Shown: positions 49,382 to 58,683 of the stretch, piece after piece | How positions within the stretch are numbered: position 1 is the stretch's first letter | Layout: each line of letters starts with the position of its first letter | Source: a candidate division WOR-3 bacterium | GTDB taxonomy: Bacteria; Hydrothermota; Tepidihabitantia; B3-TA06 | Assembly (NCBI GenBank): GCA_965649265.1 | Contig: CBFGKC010000003.1 | Coordinates: 151,217 to 215,216, forward strand | Direction of reading: 5' to 3' | Length of the DNA stretch: 64,000 nt | The notes under the pieces: model-generated | What the model was told of the DNA's origin: nothing | Seen by the model: only the letters and a program-made list of their open reading frames with translations | Database searches by the model: none | Position numbers and translations under genes: made by a program

Positions 49382-49696
49382 ATGAAATCATTGATATGGT
49401 TCGACTCAAAACACAGGATCGGCCGGGCAAGACTCGCCGGTGCCTTCAGTGCGGATGAGGGGCCCGGTTTGTTTTGCCGCTTTAAAAAGATTTTTGAAGG
49501 AAAAGAGCCCTGCAATCTGCTGGTTGATATTGAGGACGGAGGGGAGAATTTTTCAGACGATTTCTTTGATTGGCTCGAGGCCAATGCGGCGGAGTTGAAT
49601 CTTGACAAAATAGCGGTCGTGGAAACTTGCTCAAGTCCACACGAAGAGCGAGAACCGCGGCGAACGCGTAAAAAAGAATTTCCAGGAGGAAAATGA
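49382..49696 (+). CDS. STAS/SEC14 (SpoIIAA-like) domain protein 1, C-terminally divergent
   Basis: WFD.......L.G.F; LLVD; LDKIAVV; lacks the final FF..E.EA..W motif of its paralogs. Confidence 0.7.
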   Translation: MKSLIWFDSKHRIGRARLAGAFSADEGPGLFCRFKKIFEGKEPCNLLVDIEDGGENFSDDFFDWLEANAAELNLDKIAVVETCSSPHEEREPRRTRKKEFPGGK

Positions 49697-50061
49697 TGAA
49701 GCACGAAGTTTTTTTTGATGAGACGGCAGGGGTATTGAGGATGATTATAGGGGGGGCTATTACTCCCGCGGAAGCGGAGGAAAGTTTCATAATAGCAAAG
49801 AGACTTCTTGAAGGAAAGAGCCCTCGATACATACTGACCGATCTATCCCAGCATGACGGGACCATGGATAAAGCAACAAGGCAGGCTATTAAAGAAAGAG
49901 GCCTTGATGTCGATTTCGACAAGCAGGCTTTTATCGGGACAAGCCCGATGACGAGAATGATGGGCAAGATGATTATGGCAATGCTCGGCAAATCCAAGAA
50001 AACAGGTTTTTTTGGATCAGAGTCGGAAGCCTTAACCTGGCTCAAAGGAGTGCAAAGATGA
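49693..50061 (+). CDS. STAS/SEC14 (SpoIIAA-like) domain protein 2
   Basis: ILTDLS....MDKATR, DKQAFIG.SP..RM, FF.SESEAL.WL. Confidence 0.85.
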   Translation: MMKHEVFFDETAGVLRMIIGGAITPAEAEESFIIAKRLLEGKSPRYILTDLSQHDGTMDKATRQAIKERGLDVDFDKQAFIGTSPMTRMMGKMIMAMLGKSKKTGFFGSESEALTWLKGVQR

Positions 50062-50477
50062 AGGATGCTTTGACCGGTTCGGCAGGGGAGAACCAGGATG
50101 AATTCGTCAGCGTAAACTACAAGGTCTGGTACGATAATAACCTCGAAGCTCTGCGCATAAAAAACTATTATCCTTTGACGAAGGAGGACGTCACTAAACT
50201 GCTCCCTCTCGCCAACAAGATGCTTGAGAACAAGAAACACCGGTGTTTTCTTGTCGATCTGTCCGAGGTGCCGCTTGAAAAAATGGTTGATAAGGAGTCG
50301 CGTCAGGTGATCCGCAATTACGGCGACAATAAGAATTTCGAAAAAATAGCGATCTATGGGGCCAGCCCTGTCATTCGTATGATTGCCAAGGTCATGATCT
50401 CGGTTGCGGGCTCTTCAGGATTCACAAAGTTTTTCAAATCCGAAGATGAAGCAGTTAACTGGATAAGAGAAGGATAG
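50058..50477 (+). CDS. STAS/SEC14 domain protein 3
   Basis: LVDLS...DKESR, EKIAIYGASPVIRMIAK, FFKSEDEAVNWI. Confidence 0.85.
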   Translation: MKDALTGSAGENQDEFVSVNYKVWYDNNLEALRIKNYYPLTKEDVTKLLPLANKMLENKKHRCFLVDLSEVPLEKMVDKESRQVIRNYGDNKNFEKIAIYGASPVIRMIAKVMISVAGSSGFTKFFKSEDEAVNWIREG

Positions 50478-50558
50478 ATTTCGGCACGGTACACGGAATC
50501 ACGGTTACGATGATCCTTAAGGTTTAAGAAAGAACTTTCATGTTTGAGAGGTGGAAAA

Positions 50559-50951
50559 ATGGAACATGTTCTGAAGTTCGATGAGAAAAACGGTTTTTTG
50601 AGGATGACGATTCCATCCGACTGGAAATTCGACATTCGGGATGCCTCAAGCTTCCTCGAACTCGTCGAAGCCTTTTATGAAGGAAGGGAGCATCGGTACC
50701 TGATGGTAGATGTATCACAGAGCCCGGGGAAAAGCCTTTCCAGGGAATTCCGGTCGTGGATGAGCCAGCAGGCTTCGCGGATAGGCTTCGAAAAGATCGC
50801 TGTAGTAGGTGTATCCTCGTTCAATCGCATGGTGGCAAAAATAGCCATCGCGACAATGGGAAAATCTAAACAAACAATGTTCTTTAAATTCGAGCAAGAA
50901 GCCGTCATGTGGTTCAACGCGAAAGTCTTTGCAGAAGCGGCGAGATATTAA
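50559..50951 (+). CDS. STAS/SEC14 domain protein 4
   Basis: MVDVS...SREFR, EKIAVVG.S..NRMVAK, FF..EQEAVMW. Confidence 0.85.
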   Translation: MEHVLKFDEKNGFLRMTIPSDWKFDIRDASSFLELVEAFYEGREHRYLMVDVSQSPGKSLSREFRSWMSQQASRIGFEKIAVVGVSSFNRMVAKIAIATMGKSKQTMFFKFEQEAVMWFNAKVFAEAARY

Positions 50952-51475
50952 TGAAAGCCAAGGTTTATTACGACGACGATAAGAAAACGCTGTATGCAGC
51001 ACTGGCAGGGCCGCTTTCACCCAGAGAACAGTCGGAATTCTTTATCAAGACGGCTTTGGTTCTTTCGGGACACCGCAAAAGACAGCTTGTTCTTTTCTTT
51101 AGTGAAAGCCAATCTACTTTTAGTGTTCCGAGAAATCTCGTCGCACTTTTCAAGGGACTGGGTAAACTTGGTGTGGAAAAGATCGCCCTTGTCGGAATCC
51201 CGTTGACTGCGCGCGGCATCGTACACGGTGTTATCGAATCGGCTCAGTGCCCGTCCCGGAGGATGCAGCATGAGTTCTTTGCCGGCGAGTACGAGGCTTC
51301 CCTTTGGTTGGGGAGTAATGACAGAGATTCCAGGGTTATGCCTTCCCCTCCTCCGGCATCTGAAAAGGAGGTTAAGGGTCTCGTGAATATTGCGCCATGC
51401 AAAATTGAAAGGGGTGACGGACTCGGACTGGCTCTGAAGAAGCCGCATCTGGGAATGACCGGAGATGATGATTGA
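50951..51475 (+). CDS. STAS/SEC14 domain protein 5 with C-terminal tail
   Basis: TAATG overlap; KVYYD......L.G; EKIALVG; FF..EYEASLWL. Confidence 0.75.
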   Translation: MKAKVYYDDDKKTLYAALAGPLSPREQSEFFIKTALVLSGHRKRQLVLFFSESQSTFSVPRNLVALFKGLGKLGVEKIALVGIPLTARGIVHGVIESAQCPSRRMQHEFFAGEYEASLWLGSNDRDSRVMPSPPPASEKEVKGLVNIAPCKIERGDGLGLALKKPHLGMTGDDD

Positions 51476-51902
51476 GACAAACGCTATTCCGCTTTTGAAG
51501 CTCAGGGACTATCTTCTTGTTTCGATACAGATCGACCTGCACGATCGCATGGCGGAGCAGCTTCAACATGATATTCTCCTGCGCATAACACAGACCAGGT
51601 CCAGGGGAGTTTTGATAGACATCTCAGCGCTCGAGATGGTGGATTCATTCATAGGACGTACGCTTGCCGATACCGCGCGAATGGCATCGACGCTGGATGC
51701 GGAGATAGTGCTCGTTGGAATGAAACCCGCAGTGGCCATAACCTTGATAGAACTTGGTCTTTCGCTTGGTGACGTTAAAACAGCCTTGAGTCTCGATGCC
51801 GGTTACGAACTTCTCGAAGAGATACTGTTCGATTCTCAAAACAGCGAATCCATGCCCGAATCGAGCGGCGGAGATGCGAATAATGGTTCTGGAGATCAAT
51901 AA
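51465..51902 (+). CDS. rsbS: RsbS-like STAS stressosome antagonist
   Basis: IPLLKL...LLVSIQ.DL.D; GVLIDISALEMVDSF (conserved phospho-Ser); GM.PAVAITL.ELGL. Confidence 0.9.
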   Translation: MMIETNAIPLLKLRDYLLVSIQIDLHDRMAEQLQHDILLRITQTRSRGVLIDISALEMVDSFIGRTLADTARMASTLDAEIVLVGMKPAVAITLIELGLSLGDVKTALSLDAGYELLEEILFDSQNSESMPESSGGDANNGSGDQ

Positions 51903-52275
51903 CGAATCGGATATAGTGATAATAAGAACAACGGCAAAGATCAAGGCCGCCGAGATGGGTTTCGGAATCGTGGACCAGACGAGGATATGCACGGCAGTAT
52001 CCGAGCTTGCCCGAAACGTGTTCGTCCATGCCGGCAGCGGCACGGCAAAAATAGAAGAGGATTGCCACCCTAAATCGGGGCTGCGGATAACGTTTACCGA
52101 CAACGGTCCAGGCATAGAAAATATTGAACTTGCAATGACGGACGGGTATTCTACGGCGGGGAGCATGGGAAAGGGGTTGCCCGGGGCAAAGCGTTTAACC
52201 GACAAGATGGAGATTTTTTCCGAGAAGGGAAAAGGTACCACCATCATCGTCGAAAAGTGGCTGACAAGAAGCTGA
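51883..52275 (+). CDS. rsbT: RsbT-like anti-sigma/Ser kinase
   Basis: E.DIV..R, GF..VDQTRI.TAVSELARN, DNGPGI, DGYST.GSMG.GLPGAKRL.D; start 51883 or 51874. Confidence 0.92.
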   Translation: MVLEINNESDIVIIRTTAKIKAAEMGFGIVDQTRICTAVSELARNVFVHAGSGTAKIEEDCHPKSGLRITFTDNGPGIENIELAMTDGYSTAGSMGKGLPGAKRLTDKMEIFSEKGKGTTIIVEKWLTRS

Positions 52276-52282
52276 GGATTTT

Positions 52283-53233
52283 ATGTTTAGACTTTCCAGT
52301 GAACTGCTCATATCCTTCGAATCTCAGGGTCTGAGGACGCGGAGGTTGATCGGACGTTTTGCATCGGATATGGGTTTCAAGCACGAGAGGATAAGAGAAC
52401 TAGATGTCTGCGCGAACGAGTTGATCTCGAATCTGGTTCGCCAAAGGACACGCTCCGCGATACTCGGCATCAAGGGTTTTGTCGAAAACGGCATCCGCGG
52501 GATCGAATTAAAGGCTCCGATAGGAAGGGACGAAAACCAGAAGGAGTGGGTACAAAGACTTAGTGATCTCAAGAGACGCGCTGCCGCCGGCGTCCAAATC
52601 GAATCCAATAAGGAAGAATGCTCAGTCAGGGTGAAAAAGCATCTGAGTGACCGGGATATGATAGAGGGGAGGGGGGAAGATGGACCCGGTGTTGCCGTCT
52701 GCAACCACCCCGCACCATTCAGCCAAAGAGAAAGTTTCGTCGTTCACGAGGAAGGATCAAGAATCCTTTTGGGTCTGATTGAAGGCGGGGTCAATGACAA
52801 TGAGGCTGGGGAGACTGCTTCGCTTGTTGAGCTTTTTCTGTATAAGAACAACAAGAAGCCTTTGGAAAGGATACTTCACGAACTTAAAGGGATCCTCGCA
52901 CATTCGGTAAACACCGAAGTCTCTCTCGTCAGGATCGACGAACGGGACGGGCAGATGCAATTTGCAGCAATAGGGAGCTTGACCGCCAGGTTGTGGAACC
53001 CTGACGAATACCGTTGGGTCGATCTTGTTGGGGTAGATGGGGTAAACGCGGTTTCATTCAGAATGAGCTATGATTGGATGAAGGGTAGCATTCTGGTTAT
53101 GCAATCAAAAGACATTCCCGAAGACTGGCAAATCCCGCCGAGTTTGCATCTTCTTCCTGCGCAAGATATAGCGAATTATCTGATAATTCGTAAAAGAGGC
53201 TTAGCCGAGGCAACTGTGATGGTGGTAAAATGA
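52283..53233 (+). CDS. degenerate RsbT-like ATPase / RsbX (SpoIIE, PP2C)-like fusion
   Basis: GF.......L....NEL.SNL; L..LH..L, FAAIG, G..L.M; catalytic DG/DD and DxGxG motifs absent. Confidence 0.65.
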   Translation: MFRLSSELLISFESQGLRTRRLIGRFASDMGFKHERIRELDVCANELISNLVRQRTRSAILGIKGFVENGIRGIELKAPIGRDENQKEWVQRLSDLKRRAAAGVQIESNKEECSVRVKKHLSDRDMIEGRGEDGPGVAVCNHPAPFSQRESFVVHEEGSRILLGLIEGGVNDNEAGETASLVELFLYKNNKKPLERILHELKGILAHSVNTEVSLVRIDERDGQMQFAAIGSLTARLWNPDEYRWVDLVGVDGVNAVSFRMSYDWMKGSILVMQSKDIPEDWQIPPSLHLLPAQDIANYLIIRKRGLAEATVMVVK

Positions 53234-53658
53234 AAGACCTTTCCTTCAGCAAAGACGGTATATGCCGCATAAGCTTTGGGGGCCTGCCGCATCCCGACGA
53301 AGTCGTCGAGCTGGTTGAGGAATACGTCGCAAGAGTGGAGCTTCTTCCATATCCGCTGAGAGTTATTTTCTTTGATATCTCCAGGTTGATTCACATGGAG
53401 CTGCGCACGCGAAGGATCTTTTCGGATTTCCTCATACAGGCTTCAAAGCATTACGAGGGAAAGGTAGAACTGGTAGTGGCTGGGGGTTCGCTTAATCTGA
53501 GACGCTTTATTCAGTTGTTTTGCCGCGGTATTGGCTTTGCCGACCGCAGCCACATCTTCGCAAGCCTCTCGGAGGCCGATTTCTGGCTTGCAAGCTGGTC
53601 AAAGAAAGGCCTGGATATCCCTGGCGCAGTATCCCATACATCGAACGAGCTACAATGA
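53230..53658 (+). CDS. STAS/SEC14 domain protein 6
   Basis: FFDISRL......R; VVAGGS...R; F.SL.EA..WL. Confidence 0.7.
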   Translation: MKDLSFSKDGICRISFGGLPHPDEVVELVEEYVARVELLPYPLRVIFFDISRLIHMELRTRRIFSDFLIQASKHYEGKVELVVAGGSLNLRRFIQLFCRGIGFADRSHIFASLSEADFWLASWSKKGLDIPGAVSHTSNELQ

Positions 53659-54320
53659 CAAAAAAGCAGAGCATACTCCTTGTAGAAGATGAGCGAGAAC
53701 TTGCACTTATGATGTCATCCCTGCTCGAATCCAACGGTTTTTCCGCGCTGGCTTGTTTTGGCGGTGAAGAGGCATTGTTTAACTACAAACCCGAAGAAAC
53801 CGACCTCCTTATAACCGATCTCAGAATGCCGGGGATGTCGGGTTTCGAACTGATAGTTAAGATACTGGAACTTAACCCCGGGCAAATGATACTGGTCATG
53901 AGCGGAATGCGACCGGATGCCGATCTTGAATCCGTCAAACTGACCACGCTTAACTTTATTCCCAAGCCTTTTTCTGCATCCAGGCTTCTGGATGTCGTCC
54001 AAACTATTTTGGAGGCAAGAAGGCTTGAGGATTTCTTTTCGCGAATCATGGTTCGAAAAGATCTCATAACAATATGCTCTCTTAACGGCAGCAGTTTTGT
54101 TTTCGAGTTCAGCTCCAGGGGCGACAAAGGGTGTATCTACCTCCAAAAAGGAATACTCGTTCATGCCGAAACACGGTCAAAACGAGGCAGGGAGGCTTTT
54201 TACGAAATTCTTTCCTGGGAAAACGGAGGTTTTTGCGTGGTTCCTCTGGAAAAGGATTTCACAGAATTCACGATTAATGAGAGTCTGGAGACCCTACTGG
54301 GAGATATGTCCCCCATCTAA
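53655..54320 (+). CDS. response regulator (REC) + DUF4388
   Basis: ILLVEDE, ITDLRMPGMSG, PKPF; G.IYL..G.LVHAET....G.EAFYEILSW..G.F; ATGA overlap. Confidence 0.88.
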   Translation: MTKKQSILLVEDERELALMMSSLLESNGFSALACFGGEEALFNYKPEETDLLITDLRMPGMSGFELIVKILELNPGQMILVMSGMRPDADLESVKLTTLNFIPKPFSASRLLDVVQTILEARRLEDFFSRIMVRKDLITICSLNGSSFVFEFSSRGDKGCIYLQKGILVHAETRSKRGREAFYEILSWENGGFCVVPLEKDFTEFTINESLETLLGDMSPI

Positions 54321-54441
54321 GTAGCGTTTAAAAAAGCCCACGCGAGCGTTCGCCGAATACCCGCATTTTTCAGGTCGGCGGCGCGGATAGATTATCCAAT
54401 ATGCTTGACTTTAACCTCTTATGTGTATAGGCTTCGACTTC

Positions 54442-56577
54442 ATGGGTAATTCTGATTTTGAAGAGTTTTTGAAAAGAGTAGAAGAAAGAGCAAGGCGAAG
54501 CGGAATGAGCCGCCCGACCCCTGCCCATTTGTCGTATTCGGATTACGAACAACCCGCTTTGACCTCCCAGACACTCGAGCGAATCAGGGAACTTTCACGA
54601 ATTTCGAAAAAAATCGAAAGGAACCTTGTTGACGGGAAAGCAGTTTCCTTAGTTTCAAAAGATTTCAAGATCGACTACAAGGCGAGCCTTAACCCGAGTC
54701 AATACGCCGCGGCAACCACCGTTGACGGCCCCTTGCTTGTAATCGCAGGCGCGGGCAGCGGGAAAACGAGAACCATAGTTTACAGGGTCGCCTTTCTCAT
54801 CGAATCCGGCGTGCCCCCGGAGAGTATCCTTCTTTTGACCTTCACCCGCAAGGCGGCCAACGAGATGATCTCGAGAACGTCGGACTTGCTGGACGATATG
54901 CGCTGCCAGCAGGTTACGGGGGGGACCTTCCATTCCTTCGCGAATCATTTCCTGCGCCGCTACTCCGCGCTCGCCGGCGTCTCTGCCGGTTTTACTATCG
55001 CCGATACCGTCGACTCCGAGGACATAATCGATCTCTGCCGCAGGGAGCTTCATCTCGAGAAACACAAGAAAGCCTTTCCCCGCAAGGCGCGCTTGCAGGA
55101 GATCATCTCGAGAGCTCGAAACTGCGGAATGAGCGTTTCGGAGGTGGTCGAGCGTGACTACTCCGGTCTCGTCGAATTCACTAAGGAGATGGATCTTATT
55201 TCCAGGGCATTCGATACCTACAAAAAAAGCCACCAGATATTCGATTTTGACGACCTTATGGAGCGTTTGCGCGACAGCCTTGCAGAGAACGCAAGATTCC
55301 GGAACGCCATTCAGGGCAGGTTCAACTACATCATGGTTGACGAGTTCCAGGACACGAACCTCGTGCAAAAGGAGATCGCCGATCAGGTTGCCGCTTCCCA
55401 CCGCAACATAATGGTCGTCGGCGACGATTCACAAAGCATCTATTCCTTCAGGGGAGCCAACTTTGAGAATATTCTGCGTTTCCCCGAGACCTACCCGGAC
55501 TGCAAATACGTCAAAATAGAACAAAACTATCGCAGCAACCAGGATATCCTCGATTTTACCAACTCCCTTATAAGCAAGGCCCAGCTTGGGTACCGGAAGA
55601 ATCTATATTCGACGAAAAACAGCCGCGGTAAACCTCATGTGAAGAGGTTATTCGACCAGCCGGCCGAGGCGGAATTCATAGTATCAAAAATACTCGAACT
55701 GCGGGAGCACGGTGTCGGCTTGAATCAAATAGCCGTTCTTTACCGCGCGTCCCATCACGGAAATTTCATACAGGCCGAACTCCTGACCCATAACATACCT
55801 TACGTTGTTTACGGTGGGATACGTTTCATCGAGCGTCGTCATGTCAAGGATATTATTGCTTATCTCAAGATCATTCAGAATCCGCTTGACGCGATATCGT
55901 GGAACAGGATTCTGCATCTCATCCCGGGGGTAGGCGGTGTTACCGCCTCAAGGATCGTCAACCACATCCAGAAACAAGAAGGCTCAATGGATTTCAGCGG
56001 CTTCGAGGGCAAAAAATACGCACCCGGCCTCGAGGAACTCGGCGAGACCTTGATGAAAGCGAGGAAAGACGGCCTGACCATCCCGGAGAGGATAGACGTT
56101 TTTGCCGGATACTACGCACCGATACTGGATACACTTGAGGATGATTCGGAAGTTCGATTGAAGGATATTGACGTGCTTTGCGAACTTGCACGTCGCTATG
56201 AAGATCTTGAGAAGTTTCTCTCGGATTTCGCGCTCGATCCGCCTTCCAACCGTTTTCAGGACAAGACTACTCCCAGTATCGACGGGGGGGAGGAGGGGCA
56301 CGTGGTGCTGTCCACTGTTCATTCCGCAAAAGGACTCGAGTGGCGGACGGTGTTCGTTGCACATCTTCTCGACGGGCTCTTTCCCATAGAACGCTCGCTC
56401 GTAAACCTCGAGCAACTTGAAGAGGAGCGCAGGTTATTTTACGTCGCTTGCACCCGGGCAAAGGAGGAGCTGTATCTGACATTGCCATCCTCCGTATCGT
56501 CGTGGGGGGCTTTTTATACAAGGGAGTCCAGGTTTCTGGCGGAGATCGAGAAGGACAAGTACTTGTTAAACGATTGA
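54442..56577 (+). CDS. UvrD/PcrA/Rep-family ATP-dependent DNA helicase
   Basis: AGAGSGKT, TFTRKAA, VDEFQDTN, VGDDSQSIYSFRGA, NYRS, STVHSAKGLEW, EERRLFYVA.TRA. Confidence 0.96.
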   Translation: MGNSDFEEFLKRVEERARRSGMSRPTPAHLSYSDYEQPALTSQTLERIRELSRISKKIERNLVDGKAVSLVSKDFKIDYKASLNPSQYAAATTVDGPLLVIAGAGSGKTRTIVYRVAFLIESGVPPESILLLTFTRKAANEMISRTSDLLDDMRCQQVTGGTFHSFANHFLRRYSALAGVSAGFTIADTVDSEDIIDLCRRELHLEKHKKAFPRKARLQEIISRARNCGMSVSEVVERDYSGLVEFTKEMDLISRAFDTYKKSHQIFDFDDLMERLRDSLAENARFRNAIQGRFNYIMVDEFQDTNLVQKEIADQVAASHRNIMVVGDDSQSIYSFRGANFENILRFPETYPDCKYVKIEQNYRSNQDILDFTNSLISKAQLGYRKNLYSTKNSRGKPHVKRLFDQPAEAEFIVSKILELREHGVGLNQIAVLYRASHHGNFIQAELLTHNIPYVVYGGIRFIERRHVKDIIAYLKIIQNPLDAISWNRILHLIPGVGGVTASRIVNHIQKQEGSMDFSGFEGKKYAPGLEELGETLMKARKDGLTIPERIDVFAGYYAPILDTLEDDSEVRLKDIDVLCELARRYEDLEKFLSDFALDPPSNRFQDKTTPSIDGGEEGHVVLSTVHSAKGLEWRTVFVAHLLDGLFPIERSLVNLEQLEEERRLFYVACTRAKEELYLTLPSSVSSWGAFYTRESRFLAEIEKDKYLLND

Positions 56578-56639
56578 TTCCACTTTAAAACCGGTCGGGC
56601 ACCGATCGACTCGACTTTTTTTAAGAAGAGTAAAAATCC

Positions 56640-56673
56640 CTAGGACCTCTCAGGTGTATCTGAGAGGTCCTAG
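56640..56673. terminator. perfect hairpin between convergent units
   Basis: ctaggacctctcag-gtgtat-ctgagaggtcctag. Confidence 0.65.
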
Positions 56674-56703
56674 GCCTTCCCCTTCCCGTATTCTCCGTCT
56701 GCT

Positions 56704-57171
56704 TTAATTAAGGAGGAGAACTGAGGTGTTAACCAAGAAGTTTTCTTGCTTTTTCTTGCTAAAATGAATTCCTGACATGACGTCAACTCCGATACCCTCC
56801 GGAATGAAGTCCTTGTTTTTTGCCAGGGAGCCCGTTTTCTTTTCGAAACCTTCCAATCCCTCACCCCCAGGCGCAACAACCTCTTCCCTTCTTTCAACGT
56901 TCACATCTCCGGTTCCCCGTGGTTCGGCATCCGGAATACCGGCATCCTCCATGGGAGCAGGATTCGGTTTCCGGAGTCCTTTTCCCTCATTTCCGGACAT
57001 GTTCTTGAACGTCTCCAGATGCCCCGGGAATCCCTCGTTACCGTCCACATCCAGCCCCGTCGACACAACGTACACGTTTTCGAAATCGAACCCCGTATTC
57101 ACCCTGTAGTTTTGGCCTTCCCACACCCACTCCCCTGGAATTGTCATTGATTGAAAAAAGCATGCAATCAT
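56704..57171 (-). CDS. hypothetical protein
   Basis: 155 aa ORF downstream of a sigma-54 promoter and ATGA-coupled to a 21-aa ORF; no recognisable domain. Confidence 0.4.
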   Translation of the reverse strand: MIACFFQSMTIPGEWVWEGQNYRVNTGFDFENVYVVSTGLDVDGNEGFPGHLETFKNMSGNEGKGLRKPNPAPMEDAGIPDAEPRGTGDVNVERREEVVAPGGEGLEGFEKKTGSLAKNKDFIPEGIGVDVMSGIHFSKKKQENFLVNTSVLLLN

Positions 57172-57263
57172 CTTCCAGTCCTCATTCCTTCTCGTTTCCC
57201 AATTAATAAATCGTCTTTAAACCTTGTTCTCACTGTTTACCTCCAATTTCTACTATGGGTAAT

Positions 57264-57279
57264 AGCAATTTTCTCGCCA
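57264..57279 (-). promoter_or_regulatory. sigma-54 -24/-12 promoter
   Basis: Reverse strand TGGCGA-GAAAA-TTGCT; tandem TGCA-N6-TGC(A/G) sites at 57367-57399. Confidence 0.65.
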
Positions 57280-57404
57280 TGTCAATGAAGCAGGAAAAGT
57301 TTCGAAAGAATGCAGGTTAGAAACGAACGATTGCTCTTTTATTTTCGTGGAGGGTTGGAAAAACGATGCAAATTCATGCGTCGAGTGCAAGAATCTGCAT
57401 CAGG

Positions 57405-58628
57405 TCATCGGATGATACGAAGAGCTTTTGAGACGGATATGTTATTTTGGCGCAGACGACAAAAGTAGATTCCTGAAGCAAGTAATTGTGAATGCTCGTC
57501 TTTGCCGTCCCACTGGAGCTTGTATTCTCCTGCGGATTGGTAATCGTTGACGAGGGTTCTAATTAAAGCACCCGTAACGTCGTACATCTTTATTTCGACT
57601 CTGCCCGGTTGACGCAGGTTGTATACTATAATGCTTGAAGAACTGCCGGGGTTTCGATCCAGCACAAGAGAAATTACTTCCTTCTCGTCGGGCTTTTCCT
57701 GGATTGCCGTTTGTCCTGAAATATCCAGTTGGATATCGATATTCTGAACGTTCTGATCGGCAACGGTAACATCGTTGGAATAATTACCTCTTTTGTATCC
57801 TGGTCTGGTTGCGTAAATACTGTATACGCCGGGCGCGAGAGGCAGCCAGTATCTTCCGTTTTCATTGTTGATGCATCCGCTTACGAGAAGGCCGTCCTTC
57901 CTTGCATAAACAAAGCTGTAAGGCAGCGGTCCGAACATGCCACGGATAATGCCTGACACCCCGCCGTTAAGGGTAGAATCCGCTGCTCTTTCTAGGTCGA
58001 AATTAATGTTATTCTGGGGAGGGTAGATGCAAAAAGCCTCCTCTGAAGCGTAGACGTGGTTGTAGTATTGAGGCACATAACCGGGGACGGTTGATAAAAA
58101 ATAACATTGTGTATAGAGAAGATCACTAATGGAATATTCAGCCAGCCCCGTAGGTGTACCTAAGGAATCTTTTGGTGTCAGTTGTGAGGTCTTTAAGACG
58201 TAACCTCTTTTGGAGACTGCCCAGGTGTTTCCTGTCCAATTACCTCCGTAAAAATCGATGAGTCTTACACTGCCTGAGATATCAAAGGAATCATAGACCG
58301 CAATCATGTAGAATGCCACGCTTGAAAGATTCTCGTTGGCTTCAAGAGCCACGAGTTCCGGGTACTCAACAGGGTAGTAACCGGTCATTTCGACATCAAG
58401 AGCGTAATATCCGGGGGTCAGTCCCGTTATTTGATAATAACCTGCGTTGTCGGTTATGTCTTCTCCCTGGTCAACGGTAATTCCAGCCGAGTCGTACACG
58501 GCGTGGACTTTGACACCCTGTATTGAAAGGAGGCCTAATTCGTCTAGTACCCTTCCCGAGATCGAACCGGTTTGAGCGTATATCCCCACAGCCGATGCTA
58601 AGGCTGTTAAAATGAGAATCTTTTTCAT
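57405..58628 (-). CDS. secreted carboxypeptidase-regulatory-like repeat protein with FlgD/T9SS CTD
   Basis: TGSISGRV.D, TD..GYY.I.GL.PG.Y; YDVTGALIRTLV...WDGKD....LASGIYF. Confidence 0.88.
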   Translation of the reverse strand: MKKILILTALASAVGIYAQTGSISGRVLDELGLLSIQGVKVHAVYDSAGITVDQGEDITDNAGYYQITGLTPGYYALDVEMTGYYPVEYPELVALEANENLSSVAFYMIAVYDSFDISGSVRLIDFYGGNWTGNTWAVSKRGYVLKTSQLTPKDSLGTPTGLAEYSISDLLYTQCYFLSTVPGYVPQYYNHVYASEEAFCIYPPQNNINFDLERAADSTLNGGVSGIIRGMFGPLPYSFVYARKDGLLVSGCINNENGRYWLPLAPGVYSIYATRPGYKRGNYSNDVTVADQNVQNIDIQLDISGQTAIQEKPDEKEVISLVLDRNPGSSSSIIVYNLRQPGRVEIKMYDVTGALIRTLVNDYQSAGEYKLQWDGKDEHSQLLASGIYFCRLRQNNISVSKALRIIR

Positions 58629-58683
58629 GGCTTACGTCCTTGCTTTGTTAATTTCTTATCCCTACTCATAATGCAACCATTTA

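Noticed and set aside
50481-50498. Additional sigma-54 promoter (CGGCACGG...)
   Set aside because: No TTGC/GC at the -12 position
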